From the NCBI GenBank assembly GCA_950097015.1, contig CATNEN010000037.1, positions 2,666,001 through 2,730,000 of the forward strand: 64,000 nucleotides of DNA, written 5' to 3'. Under the pieces are notes generated by a model. The model saw only the letters and a list, made by a program, of their open reading frames with translations, ran no database searches and was not told the DNA's origin. Origin of the DNA: Macrostomum hystrix. Lineage: Eukaryota; Animalia; Platyhelminthes. This document shows, piece by piece, positions 24,301 to 35,024 of this stretch (position 1 is its first letter; every line of letters begins with the position of its first letter). The position numbers were made by a program, and so were the translations under genes.

Positions 24301-27300
24301 CCAGCTGTCACAGCCACAGTGCAGATGCTGTCACAGCCACAGTGCAGATGGGAATCCCAGCTGTCACAGCCACAGTGCAGATGGGAATCCCAGCTGTCAC
24401 AGTGACAATGCAGATGGGGAATCCCAGCTGTCACAGTGACAGTGTAGATGGGGAACCCCAGCCGTCACAGTGACAGTGTAGATAGGAAATCCCTAGCTGT
24501 CACAGTGACAGTGTAGATGGGGAATCCCAGCCGTCACAGTGACAGTGTAGACGGGGAATCCCAGCCGTCACAGTGATAGTGTAGATAGGAAATCCCTAGC
24601 TATCACAGTGACAGTGTAGATGGGGAATCCCAGTCGTCACAGTGACAGTGTAGATGGGGAATCCCAGCCGTCACAGTGACAGTGTAGATGGGGAATCCCA
24701 GCCGTCACAGTGACAGTGTAGATGGGGAATCCCAGCCGTCACAGTGACAGTGTAGATGGGGAATCCCAGCCGTCACAGTGACAGTGTAGATGGGGAATCC
24801 CAGCCGTCATAGTGATAGTATTGATGACTCTGCATCATACTGGAAAGTCAGCTTGGTGCACTGTAAGGATGCTGACCGCTGACCCCGGGCCATCTGCCGC
24901 TCATGAACTGAGAATTTGCTTGAATTTTTATCTATAGGAAGGGTGTAGCTGTGAAATATTGCAGGTGCGAGCTTTGGACAGGTAGAGAGAGAGAGGGAGA
25001 GAGAGCGGAGCGCTCGCATTTGGAAAGGAAGGATGAAGCTTTTTGGAAAACAGAGATGACTAAGCAAAAAGCTTTAAACTAATTTTGAGGTCTCAGCGCC
25101 AAGGTGAGCTCGCCTTGCTTCAATAATTCTTAGAGTTCAGTCCTTTGCAGCCTTCTCATCTGAAGTGCATTCCGTATATGTAGCTATAAATTATTCTTTT
25201 GAAATCTTTGTTTAACGAGATAGTTTTGTCTTGTTCCCTGCTCAGTTAAGAAAAATCACTCCTGACCCTCTCGCTCACACCCTATCCCTCTCGCTCACTC
25301 CCTGTCCCTCTCGCTCACTCCCTGTCCCTCTCGCTCACTCCCTGTCCCTCTCGCTCACTCCCTGTCCCTCTCGCTCACTCCCTGTCCCTCTCGCTCACTC
25401 CCTGTCCCTCTCGCTCACTCCCTGTCCCTCTCGCTCACTCCCTGTCCCTCTCGCTCACACCCTATCCCTCTCGCTCACTCCCTGTCCCTCTCGCTCACTC
25501 CCTGTCCCTCTCGCTCACTCCCTGTCCCTCTCGCTCACTCCCTGTCCCTCTCGCTCACACCCTATCCCTCTCGCTCACTCCCTGTCCCTCTCGCTCACTC
25601 CCTGTCCCTCTCGCTCACTCCCTGTCCCTCTCGCTCACTCCCTGTCCCTCTCGCTCACTCCCTGTCCCTCTCGCTCACTCCCTGTCCCTCTCGCTCACTC
25701 CCTGTCCCTCTCGCTCACACCCTATCCCTCTCGCTCACTCCGTCCCTCTCACACACTCCCTGTCCCTCTCGCTCACTCCCTGTCCCTCTCGCTCACTCCC
25801 TGTCCCTCTCGCTCACTCCCTGTCCCTCTCGCTCACTCCCTGTCCCTCTCGCTCACTCCCTGTCCCTCTCGCTCACTCCCTGTCCCTCTCGCTCACTCCC
25901 TGTCCCTCTCGCTCACTCCCTGTCCCTCTCGCTCACTCCCTGTCCCTCTCGCTCACTCCCTGTCCCTCTCGCTCACTCCCTGTCCCTCTCGCTCACTCCC
26001 TGTCCCTCTCGCTCACTCCCTGTCCCTCTCGCTCACACCCTATCCCTCTCGCTCACTCCCTGTCCCTCTCGCTCACTCCCTGTCCCTCTCGCTCACTCCC
26101 TGTCCCTCTCGCTCACTCCCTGTCCCTCTCGCTCACACCCTATCCCTCTCGCTCACTCCCTGTCCCTCTCGCTCACTCCCTGTCCCTCTCGCTCACTCCC
26201 TGTCCCTCTCGCTCACTCCCTGTCCCTCTCGCTCACTCCCTGTCCCTCTCGCTCACTCCCTGTCCCTCTCGCTCACTCCCTGTCCCTCTCGCTCACTCCC
26301 TGTCCCTCTCGCTCACTCCCTGTCCCTCTCGCTCACTCCCTGTCCCTCTCGCTCACACCCTATCCCTCTCGCTCACTCCGTCCCTCTCACACACTCCCTG
26401 TCCCTCTCGCTCACTCCCTGTCCCTCTCGCTCACTCCCTGTCCCTCTCGCTCACTCCCTGTCCCTCTCGCTCACTCCCTGTCCCTCTCGCTCACTCCCTG
26501 TCCCTCTCGCTCACTCCCTGTCCCTCTCGCTCACTCCCTATCCCTCTCGCTCACTCCCTGTCCCTCTCACACACTCCCTGTCCCTCTCGCTCACTCCCTG
26601 TCCCTCTCGCTCACTCCCTGTCCCTCTCGCTCACTCCCTGTCCCTCTCGCTCACTCCCTGTCCCTCTCGCTCACTCCCTGTCCCTCTCGCTCACTCCCTG
26701 TCCCTCTCGCTCACTCCCTGTCCCTCTCGCTCACTCCCTGTCCCTCTCGCTCACTCCCTGTCCCTCTCGCTCACTCCCTGTCCCTCTCGCTCACTCCCTG
26801 TCCCTCTCGCTCACATCCCTAGTCCCTCTCGCTCACTCCCTGTCCCTCTCGCTCACTCCCTGTCCCTCTCGCTCACTCCCTGTCCCTCTCGCTCACTCCC
26901 TGTCCCTCTCGCTCACTCCCTGTCCCTCTCGCTCACTCCCTGTCCCTCTCGCTCACTCCCTGTCCCTCTCGCTCACTCCCTGTCCCTCTCGCTCACTCCC
27001 TGTCCCTCTCGCTCACTCCCTGTCCCTCTCGCTCACTCCCTGTCCCTCTCGCTCACTACCCTATCCCTCTCGCTCACTCCCTGTCCCTCTCGCTCACATC
27101 CCTATCCCTCTCGCTCACTCCCTGTCCCTCTCGCTCACTCCCTGTCCCTCTCGCTCACACCCTATCCCTCTCGCTCACTCCCTGTCCCTCTCGCTCACTC
27201 CCTGTCCCTCTCGCTCACTACCCTATCCCTCTCGCTCACTCCCTGTCCCTCTCGCTCACTCCCTGTCCCTCTCGCTCACTCCCTGTCCCTCTCGCTCACT

Positions 27301-30300
27301 ACCCTATCCCTCTCGCTCACTCCCTGTCCCTCTCGCTCACTCCCTGTCCCTCTCGCTCACTCCCTGTCCCTCTCGCTCACTCCCTGTCCCTCTCGCTCAC
27401 TCCCTATCCTCTCGCTCACTCCCTGTCCCTCTCAGCTCACTCCCCTGTCCCTCTCGCTCACTCCCTGTCCCTCTCGCTCACTCCCTGTCCCTCTCGCTCA
27501 CTCCCTGTCCCTCTCGCTCACTCCCTGTCCCTCTCGCTCACTCCCTGTCCCTCTCGCTCACTCCCTATCCTCTCTCGCTCACTCCCTGTCCCTCTCACAC
27601 ACTCCCTGTCCCTCTCGCTCACTCCCTGTCCCTCTCGCTCACTCCCTGTCCCTCTCGCTCACTCCCTGTCCCTCTCGCTCACTCCCTGTCCCTCTCGCTC
27701 ACTCCCTGTCCCTCTCGCTCACTCCCTGTCCCTCTCGCTCACTCCCTGTCCCTCTCGCTCACTCCCTGTCCCTCTCGCTCACTCCCTGTCCCTCTCGCTC
27801 ACTCCCTGTCCCTCTCGCTCACTCCCTGTCCCTCTCGCTCACTACCCTATCCCTCTCGCTCACTCCCTGTCCCTCTCGCTCACTCCCTGTCCCTCTCGCT
27901 CACTCCCTGTCCCTCTCGCTCACTCCCTGTCCCTCTCGCTCACTCCCTGTCCCTCTCGCTCACTCCCTGTCCCTCTCGCTCACTCCCTGTCCCTCTCGCT
28001 CACTCCCTGTCCCTCTCGCTCACTCCCTGTCCCTCTCGCTCACTCCCTGTCCCTCTCGCTCACATCCCTATCCCTCTCGCTCACTCCCTGTCCCTCTCGC
28101 TCACACCCTATCCCTCTCGCTCACTCCCTGTCCCTCTCGCTCACTCCCTGTCCCTCTCGCTCACACCCTATCCCTCTCGCTCACTCCCTGTCCCTCTCGC
28201 TCACTCCCTGTCCCTCTCGCTCACACCCTATCCCTCTCGCTCACTCCGTCCCTCTCACACACTCCCTGTCCCTCTCGCTCACTCCCTGTCCCTCTCGCTC
28301 ACTCCCTGTCCCTCTCGCTCACTCCCTGTCCCTCTCGCTCACTCCCTGTCCCTCTCGCTCACTCCCTGTCCCTCTCGCTCACTCCCTGTCCCTCTCGCTC
28401 ACTCCCTATCTCCTCTCGCTCACTCCCTGTCCCTCTCGCATCACTCCCCTGTCCCTCTCGCTCACTCCCTGTCCCTCTCGCTCACTCCCTGTCCCTCTCG
28501 CTCACTCCCTGTCCCTCTCGCTCACTCCCTGTCCCTCTCGCTCACTCCCTGTCCCTCTCGCTCACTCCCTATCTCTCTCGCTCACTCCCTGTCCCTCTCA
28601 CACACTCCCCGTCCCTCTCGCTCACTCCCTGTCCCTCTCGCTCACTCCCTGTCCCTCTCGCTCACTCCCTGTCCCTCTCGCTCACTCCCTGTCCCTCTCG
28701 CTCACTCCCTGTCCCTCTCGCTCACTCCCTGTCCCTCTCGCTCACTCCCTGTCCCTCTCGCTCACTCCCTGTCCCTCTCGCTCACTCCCTGTCCCTCTCG
28801 CTCACTCCCTGTCCCTCTCGCTCACTCCCTGTCCCTCTCGCTCACACCCTATCCCTCTCGCTCACTCCCTGTCCCTCTCGCTCACTCCCTGACCCTCTCG
28901 CTCACTCCCTGTCCCTCTCGCTCACTCCCTGTCCCTCTCGCTCACTCCCTGTCCCTCTCGCTCACTCCCTGTCCCTCTCGCTCACTCCCTGTCCCTCTCG
29001 CTCACTCCCTGTCCCTCTCGCTCACTCCCTGTCCCTCTCGCTCACTCCCTGTCCCTCTCGCTCACTCCCTGTCCCTCTCGCTCACTCCCTATCTCTCTCG
29101 CACACTCCCTGTCCCTCTCGCTCACTCCCTGTCCCTCTCGCTCACTCCCTGTCCCTCTCGCTCACTCCCTATCTCTCTCGCTCACTCCCTGTCCCTCTCA
29201 CACACTCCCTGTCCCTCTCGCTTACTCCCTGTCCCTCTCGCTCACTCCCTGTCCCTCTCGCTTACTCCCTGTCCCTCTCGCTCACTCCCTATCTCTCTCG
29301 CTCACTCCCTGTCCCTCTCACACACTCCCTGTCCCTCTCGCTCACTCCCTATCTCTCTCGCTCACTCCCTGTCCCTCTCACACACTCCCTGTCCCTCTCA
29401 CACACTCCCTGTCCCTCTCGCTCACTCCCTATCTCTCTCGCTCACTCCCTGTCCCTCTCACACACTCCCTGTCCCTCTCACACACTCCCTGTCCCTCTTG
29501 CTCACTCCCTGTCCCTCTCACACACTCCCTGTCCCTCTCACACACTCCCTGTCCCTCTCACACACTCCCTGTCCCTCTCACACACTCCCTGTCCCTCTCG
29601 CTCACTCCCTGTCCCTCTCGCTTACTCCCTGTCCCTCTCGCTTACTCCCTATCTCTCTCGCTCACTTCCTATCTCTCTCGCTCACTCCCTATCTCTCTCG
29701 CTCACTTCCTATCTCTCTCGCTCACTTCCTATCTCTCTCGCTCACTCCCTGTCCCTCTCGCTCACTCCCTGTCTCTGTCGCTCACCCGCTCTCCTCAATC
29801 GGGTGCCAGATCTGCAGCAGTTTTGGATGCCGAAATCGCTCCAGGTACCGGACCTCGCGCCGCAGAATCTCGGACACAGTCTCCTTGCGCTTTGGCTTGT
29901 GCAGCTTGTCCGCAGTCCGCTTGTCGAAAATGAACAGCGAGCAGTCCTTGTGAGGAATGAGATTTAATTTCAAATTCTGTTTTACCATTTTTAATATCAA
30001 AGCTGCTAATAGTACACGCAAGACAATGATAAGAGTGCTTCTGGGCTACATGCTTGTGAACTATGAATGCTAAAAATAAAATTTGAATAACAAGTCAAGC
30101 GTTGTAAAACGCACTGCAAGAACCCCAATTCGGATGCATCAATCTCAATTTTAAAAAACGTGAACCCAGTACAGCTCTGCACAATGGCCAAGTTTTTCAT
30201 GGAGCGTATTGTGGTCCTTTCAGTCCCAGGAACTGTGCTCCCAGAAATGCCCAGTTATTTTTTTGCGGGATCGCCTTACTAAGACTCACTTACAGAGCGG

Positions 30301-31556
30301 GGACTTCTGGCGGCTCTGTCTCGTAATCCCCGCCTAAAAAAACTCCAGAACCGGAACTCCATCGGGTTGCTGCCCCCATCCCAGTCGCCTTCACAATTCC
30401 TTGTCCTTTGAGGTCACCCCGCCAAGGCTCAAATCTCCGACTGATGTAGCGACAGACTCTCAAAATCTGGCTAGAGAAAGTGTGACTAGACAACACGATT
30501 TCGATCTATATTTAGACACAAGCACGGAAACAAAGAAAATCTAATTAGGAAAGTATGACGGATTGTCTGCTCACATATTCCCTCAGCAGCCGCTTCTCGC
30601 TGACAGCTTAAAGCGGTGCCAAATTCAAACGAAAGTCACACAAAGCCCAGTCAGTTTAGCCGATGATTTTTACAGCAGGAGATGAATTTTAGATTTCAGC
30701 AAAAAGGGATAAATGTGAAAGGAAGGGACGCGGGATAAATCGGTAGGGATTTATACTGATTGGACACGCGTGTGGGAGCTAGGCGCAAATTAATCCGAAG
30801 CTGCTGCTGCTGGAGCGTGGGGTTGATTATCTTCAAGTCTGTTTATTCCTGATTATTTTTTGCCGCTCTAATCAGAGAGCAGAGAGAAAAATCTGAGTTC
30901 ATTTGTGCAGATCTCGGACTGGGACCAATAGGGAAAATACCTGCAGGCATTTCTTAGCATATCTTGGCATATTCCTACTTTTGCATGAGAAAAACAGTAG
31001 AAAACGAGTTTTAGAGCATTTGCGACTGGCTCGAATCGGTGAGAAAAAGCCAACGCACTAGCCATTTAAAACCATGAGGGCTAAACACCAAGCCACACTG
31101 AGAGTGTACACTGAATGATTCTGCCCATTTCGCTGTTGCCTGAGCTCACACGCACACAGATACCGTATGCTGGTACACACTCATACAGGTGTGTACATCT
31201 GCCCTGACTTTCTCATCATCAGGCAGTGCACACTCTAACTGTGGCTTGGAGGTTGGCCCTCAAGGGCGGAAATTGCATTGAGCTCAGGTACCATTGTGCG
31301 AGAGGGACACAGTCCCCTAAGGAAATCACTGGTTTTCTAAGAAGTCGCCGATATGTACGACAAGAAAACGAATGGCTTCCCTAACCTTGTTGTCTTCGAT
31401 TCTGACTGCGTCGAACACTCGCCAGAGCTGCTCCTGGCCGGCGCTGCCCGTCTGGCGTCGGATTTGAAACAAACGCCCGACTGTTGCCGACGAAGCCGCC
31501 GAGTCGGCAGAGGACGTTGCTACGCCGCCGCCGCCGCCGCCGCTGTTGCTGCGCAT
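999..31556 (-). CDS. SCYL2: SCY1-like pseudokinase (SCYL2/CVAK104-like), multi-exon; kinase-like domain + HEAT repeats + long low-complexity tail
   Basis: Hand-spliced exons with matching phases (minus strand): 31556-31386, 29946-29786, 22999-22903, 22803-22759, 22230-22090, 21249-21034, 19710-19594, 18977-18846, 17125-16946, 15232-15110, 14555-14439, 14322-14190, 13941-13710, 13540-13365, 11626-11375, 7281-7148, ~6611-~6100 (uncertain), 1971-1718, 1330-1268, 1034-999 (ends [11 protein letters not shown]). Translation has SCYL2-type motifs: LFIFDKR...[81 protein letters not shown] (HGN in place of HRD), [43 protein letters not shown]. Exons between about 6100 and 1971 are not resolved. Family assignment is from remembered sequence, not a database search. 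Confidence 0.88.
1397..1700. repeat. Minisatellite, ~21-bp unit (CCCAGATCCCACTCCTTCTTC variants)
   Basis: Tandem copies visible; fills the intron between SCYL2-like exons 1971-1718 and 1330-1268. Confidence 0.9.
2540..3710. repeat. Compound purine-rich microsatellite (AGAGAC/AGAT/AGTGGC motifs)
   Basis: Directly visible; source of the spurious SL/CL-rich ORFs. Confidence 0.95.
4505..5617. repeat. Compound purine-rich micro/minisatellite (GAGATGGATAGAGATAGAGACT ~22-bp and AGAGAC motifs)
   Basis: Directly visible tandem structure. Confidence 0.95.
7545..7735 (-). mobile_element. tRNA-derived SINE family A, diverged copy
   Basis: Shares GAATCGAAC..CGACCTTCAAGTC.TGAGTCCGAC.CTCTAACCAC..GGCTAC with 12790-13050 and 49312-49509; the reverse complement is an A-box/B-box tRNA-like head. 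Confidence 0.7.
8150..8620 (-). pseudogene. Possible highly decayed hAT-type transposase fragment
   Basis: Broken minus-strand translation gives VSFSVVMDG...VERQSL, then D-x-ASV, then LVTLRC...HLALA, in the order of the hAT motifs FSxxxDG(S/T)TD, DGASV and HCxAHRLxLA. Many stops and frameshifts. Confidence 0.4.
9543..10118 (+). CDS. Secreted neuropeptide/peptide-hormone precursor, 191 aa: signal peptide, acidic spacer, 11 x FSSPGTYDW separated by KKKR
   Basis: ATG in AAAATG context; hydrophobic N-terminus [20 protein letters not shown] with an A-x-A-like end (VHA); acidic spacer [20 protein letters not shown]; KR at aa 41-42; eleven 39-bp units (9669-10097); tail FSTDEN*; AATAAA at 10414 and 10435. 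Confidence 0.92.
   Translation: MLRTALCAAILIGILCKVHAEELRQEYQHLVESGEDLEGLKRFSSPGTYDWKKKRFSSPGTYDWKKKRFSSPGTYDWKKKRFSSPGTYDWKKKRFSSPGTYDWKKKRFSSPGTYDWKKKRFSSPGTYDWKKKRFSSPGTYDWKKKRFSSPGTYDWKKKRFSSPGTYDWKKKRFSSPGTYDWKKKRFSTDEN
11720..12025. repeat. Diverged C-rich minisatellite, ~26-27-bp unit (CACCTCACTCCCTTTCCTGAC...)
   Basis: Visible imperfect tandem copies. Confidence 0.8.
12790..13050 (-). mobile_element. tRNA-derived SINE family A, most complete copy
   Basis: Minus strand begins AGCTTGTAGCCTTGTGGTTAGAGCGTCGGACTCACGACTTGAAGGTCGGGGTTTCGATTCTCGACTCCAC (A box and B box); the body is shared with 20460-20600 and 49312-49509. Confidence 0.8.
14030..14115 (+). mobile_element. SINE-like tRNA head fragment
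   Basis: GGACTTCTGACAGGTAGGTCGTGAGTTCGAATCT resembles the head at 20605-20660; no complete tRNA cloverleaf seen. Confidence 0.5.
14597..15066. repeat. Minisatellite, 14-bp unit GATCCCCGATCCCA
   Basis: Near-perfect tandem array filling the intron between exons 15232-15110 and 14555-14439. Confidence 0.97.
15668..15900 (+). mobile_element. tRNA-derived SINE family B
   Basis: Head GGTGGCAGAGCGGTCTAACGCG...GGACTCGATTCC; body GGCCACATTCATTTGGG.CGCAGCCGCGGAGAGAA..CTTGGGG.CTTGTCGTGCAATTTACG shared with 34690-34880, and later body sequence found reverse-complemented at 31085-31280 and 17165-17215. Confidence 0.8.
16495..16931. repeat. Minisatellite, 31-bp unit CATTCCCTAGTCCACTGACAAGCCGGCAG(C/T)A, ~14 copies
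   Basis: Direct; starts ~15 nt inside the intron after the exon 17125-16946 donor. Confidence 0.97.
17925..18456. repeat. Minisatellite, 18-bp unit TGTCACACTGTCACT(GAC/GGC)
   Basis: Direct tandem array. Confidence 0.95.
19140..19570. repeat. Minisatellite, ~51-bp unit containing CCAATCAG
   Basis: CAGCCAATCAGCGACAGGATTGAGGACAGAAATAGTAGTGTGTAACATTTT repeated, more diverged leftwards. Confidence 0.85.
20460..20760. mobile_element. Two SINE family A-related copies in opposite orientation
   Basis: 20460-20600 matches the body of 12790-12930 in the same orientation; 20605-20760 has a + strand tRNA-like head (GGACTTCTGACTGAGAGGTCAGGAGCTCGAATCTC) followed by sequence resembling the reverse complement of that body. 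Confidence 0.6.
20800..21020. repeat. Minisatellite, 35-bp unit containing the palindrome AAAAGTACTTTT
   Basis: AAAAGTACAAATCTAAAAAAGTACTTTTAGTCAAC x ~6. Confidence 0.92.
21300..21790. repeat. Minisatellite, 21-bp unit CCACCAATGGAAAAGTGTCCA
   Basis: Homogeneous core 21520-21760 with diverged flanks. Confidence 0.9.
22260..22705. repeat. Minisatellite, 21-bp unit GTAAAGACAGAATGGATAGAT with 28-bp variants
   Basis: Fills the intron between exons 22803-22759 and 22230-22090. Confidence 0.93.
23309..23727 (+). mobile_element. Non-autonomous hAT element (MITE), copy 1
   Basis: TIRs CAGGGGTAGGCAAACT / AGTTTGCCGACCCCCG; exact 8-bp TSD GTCTAACC (23301-23308, 23728-23735); near-identical to 51865-52315. 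Confidence 0.92.
24200..24810. repeat. Minisatellite, ~34-bp unit GTCACAGTGACAGTGTAGATGGGGAATCCCAGCC
   Basis: Direct tandem array. Confidence 0.92.
25262..29785. repeat. 4.5-kb minisatellite, 20-bp unit CCCTGTCCCTCTCGCTCACT (~220 copies)
   Basis: Direct; lies in SCYL2-like intron 2 and abuts the exon 2 donor. Confidence 0.98.
31085..31280 (-). mobile_element. SINE family B, body fragment
   Basis: Reverse complement reads TGCAATTTCCGCCCTTGAGGGCCAACCTCCAAGCCACAGTTAGAGTGTGCACTGCCTGATGATGAG, matching 15790-15900 and 34770-34870. Confidence 0.7.
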
Positions 31557-32134
31557 TTTTGCGCGAGCCCTACAAAATCGCAGTAAAGATCGCTTTGAAA
31601 AAATCTTTTTTTTAAACCGATTTTTATCACAAGCCCTTTGTAATTTCTTAGATTGTTTTCGAATGCAATAGAGAAAGACGGACGAAGACAAACGGAAGCC
31701 GAAAGGGTTGGAAGATTAGCAATTTGAAATGCTGCCGGGGGTGGGGCGGAGGGTGGGGTGGGTGGCCTGGAATGGCGAGATGCGGCTGGCTGTGGGAGAA
31801 GGTAGAGACGGGACTTGGCGACTTTATGGAGGCCAACCGGAGACTTAGGAAGGAAGGAGCCGAGCGAGATTGGATGAGGAGGGTTGGAGGGCAGGATTTC
31901 GGATTCGCGGAAACTGATAAATGCTTTATTGGGGTGGTTTGGGGGGCGGCTTGCCGGAAGTCTGCGTGTCGGCGGAAGTCCCAGCCGTTCCGACGTGTTT
32001 CAGAGGACAGTCTCGGAGAGAAGACTGGCAGACATGTGGAGGTGGCGGGGAGGACAGAAGACAGAAAATAGCGAAAGAAGCTGAGAGGAGAAAATCATGC
32101 GATAAAAGTTGAGAGTAGATCAGAATAAAGCAGA

Positions 32135-32722
32135 TTGGAATAGAGCAGATTAGAATAGAATAGATTAGATTAGAATAGAATAGATTAGAACAGAGTAGAT
32201 TAGAACAGAGTAGATTAGAACAGAGTAGATTAGAACAGAGTAGATTAGAACAGAGTAGATTAGAACAGAGTAGATTAGAATAGAATAGATTAGAACAGAG
32301 TAGATTAGAACAGAGTAGATTAGAACAGAGTAGATTAGAACAGAGTAGATTAGAACAGAGTAGATTAGAATAGAATAGATTAGAACAGAGTAGATTAGAA
32401 CAGAGTAGATTAGAACAGAGTAGATTAGAACAGAGTAGATTAGAACAGAGTAGATTAGAACAGAGTAGATTAGAACAGAGTAGATTAGAACAGAGTAGAT
32501 TAGAACAGAGTAGATTAGAACAGAGTAGATTAGAACAGAGTAGATTAGAACAGAGTAGATTAGAACAGAGTAGATTAGAACAGAGTAGATTAGAACAGAG
32601 TAGATTAGAACAGAGTAGATTAGAACAGAGTAGATTAGAACAGAGTAGATTAGAACAGAGTATATTAGAACAGAGTAGATTAGAACAGAGTAGATTAGAA
32701 CAGAGTAGAGTATATTAGAACA
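32135..32722. repeat. Minisatellite, 15-bp unit TAGATTAGAACAGAG
   Basis: Direct tandem array. Confidence 0.97.
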
Positions 32723-33534
32723 GGTCGGCGGCCGAATTGGGCGGCCGAAACAGGTTTGCTAATTTAATTTCAGGCATCGGAAATTCCTAAATTAGGCCCA
32801 ATTCTCAGCACTTAGAACAGGTGGGGGCGGTGGAGGAGAAGGAGACAGCCTTTTTCGTTTTTTAGAGATGGACAAATTATAATTGGAAGCGAGTCTGTGC
32901 TCTCGAGAGTCAACCAAATAAGCAGACTCACCTAATCGCTGGCTGTGGGTAAGACTATCGCCAGGTGGTTACAGGTGTGATGTGGCCACAGATTTGGATA
33001 TTTTTATACAATCGCTAAATTGTTACGGTCTGCATGGTTTTAGAACGTTGGAATCTGCAGTAGCAATAAGAGATGTTTAAGGCTTTTTGTAAAGAGAGAA
33101 TGTAAGAAAGAAGGTATGACTAGAAACCGTATACTGCAGATGGATAATGTCCTCTAGCACTGATAACTACGAACTCGGCTGCGTGACAGTCTGCGTCACA
33201 AATTTCCACCAAGTTTAAAAAGTCACGAGAGAGAAATAATTTCTTGAGTTAAGTTGCAGTAGGTAAATCTACTCCTAGTTAATAAATGGCTTTATAACTG
33301 TGGCTCATTGACTTCTTCACAATTGAATGGGATCGGCTAACTTCCTGTTACGAGCCCGCTGACGTCAGGCAGACTAGCAGTGCTGCGCTGACGTCTTCTA
33401 AATTTAATTTGTTCTGGAATGCATGTTTGTACTTTTGCTCGTTCAAAATTCATTCAGCAATGGAGTCGAGCAACTCACGAGATAACCTACTTCCCAATAG
33501 TAGTGTTGACAGGATTTTTTTCGAATTGTGCAAG

Positions 33535-34685
33535 TACGAGGGGAAGTCAAAAGTAATGATAAATATTATCTTTCAAAGAGCAGAAACTAATGTAAAGGCT
33601 TATTTCTCCACGAAATCTCCGTCCAGCTCTAGGCACTTCTTCATACGATGCCGCCATCGCTCCAGCCCCGCCCTGAAGAAGTCAGGCGGCTGGGATGCGA
33701 GCCACTGCTGAGCTGCTGTTTTCGCCTCTTCCTTGCTCGAATGTCGCACTTCTTTGATAGCTTTCTTCAACTTTGGAAACAGGAAAAAGTCTGATGGCGC
33801 AAGATCAGGGCTGTAGGGAGGGTGGGAGAGAATTTCCCAGCGAAATTCGCGCAGGACGCCTCGACAGAGCCGTGAAGTGTGTGTCGGGGCATTGTCGTGG
33901 TGAAAGAGGATGCGCCGGTGGAGCTTGGCTTCCTGGCTAATTCTGCGCGCAGCTTTTGCAGCACACCTTCGTAGTAGGCGCCAGTGATCGTGCGCTGCTC
34001 CTCTAGGAAGTCCACTAGAATGACTCCCTCGGCATCCCAGAAAATGGTTGCCATGACCTTGGCCATGGAGCGGTCGGCCCGGAACTTCTATGGCCCGGCA
34101 GATCCTTGAGGCAGCCACTCTTTTGACTGGATTTTTTACTCTGGATTGTACTGGTCGATCCAGGTCTCATCACCAGTCACCAACCGTTCGAAAAAATCGT
34201 CGGCGTCAGTGTCCAGGCGGTTGAGAAGGTTTGCTGCGTACTCGCTGTGCTGGGCCTTGTGCTCCGGGCGCAACGCCCGTGGCACCCAACGGGCGCGCTG
34301 TGCTCGGTCGTCCACTGCGGTCAGCGTCTTCAATGGTCTCACGACCAGCCTTAAACTCGTGGATCCACCGATAAACGGTGGGATTCGGTGGAGCAGCATC
34401 CCCGAAGACCTTCTGTAAAGCCTCGAGGATGGCAGCCGGCTTCCAACCCAACCGCGTTAAAAATTTCACGTTGGATCACACTTCAATTTTGAAATTTTCC
34501 ATTGCTGAAAGGGGGTACTGTGTTTGTACTTCTGTCAAGGTTGATCTGTTCATCCAAACAGAACGAAAAATTATTAAAAATAAGAAACACAAGATACTTT
34601 TGCCAATGAAAAATGTTTGGGTTCAAAATTTATTTTCTGCTTTGTGCAGGAGAAAAATTATCATTACTTTTTTGACTTCCTCGTA
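33535..34685 (-). mobile_element. Decayed mariner (Tc1/mariner, DD34D) transposon, ~1.15 kb
   Basis: TA-flanked imperfect TIRs TACGAGGGGAAGTCAAAAGTAATGAT (33535) and reverse-complement TACGAGGAAGTCAAAAAAGTAATGAT (34685). Transposase from ATG 34502 to ~33600 has RWVPR, VTGDETW, HHDNAPTH and HPPYSPDLAPSDFFLFPKLK; it carries stops, frameshifts and an internal deletion after RSGRPST. Confidence 0.95.
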
Positions 34686-34689
34686 TTGG

Positions 34690-34880
34690 AGGTCGAGCTG
34701 AGTTCGATTCCGCGGCGAGGCCACATTCATTTGGGGCGCAGCCGCGGAGAGAAGGCTTGGGGACTTGTCGTGCAATTTACGCCCTTAATAGCCAACCTTC
34801 AAGGTAGAGTGAGAGTGTTCACTGCCTGAAGATGAGACGGTCAGTGCAGATGTACACACCTGTGTGAGTGTGTGCTCAGG
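34690..34880 (+). mobile_element. SINE family B copy (5'-truncated head)
   Basis: B-box GAGTTCGATTCC followed by a body matching 15730-15890; directly abuts the mariner TIR. Confidence 0.75.
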
Positions 34881-35024
34881 AGTTAGCGAAGGGGGCAGCA
34901 TTGCCTCCTCGCTGGCTGCGCGTCCAGTGTCACCAAATGGTGTGCCATTGCCAACAGCCCTCTTGCAGTTATTATTATTAAGGTACAGTATTTCTCACTT
35001 CACACCTCACCTCAGACATTAATT

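Noticed and set aside
24807-25067. Minus-strand ORF with faint hAT C-terminal resemblance (CPKLA...LPI)
   Set aside because: Key ERxFS motif absent; too weak to call.
25231-29967. 1578-aa ORF
   Set aside because: Translation of a 20-bp tandem repeat lacking stops; it lies antisense within an intron and has no ATG start.
34820-34850. Hammerhead ribozyme core (CTGAnGA) in SINE family B
   Set aside because: No consistent stem II plus GAAA and cleavage triplet across copies.
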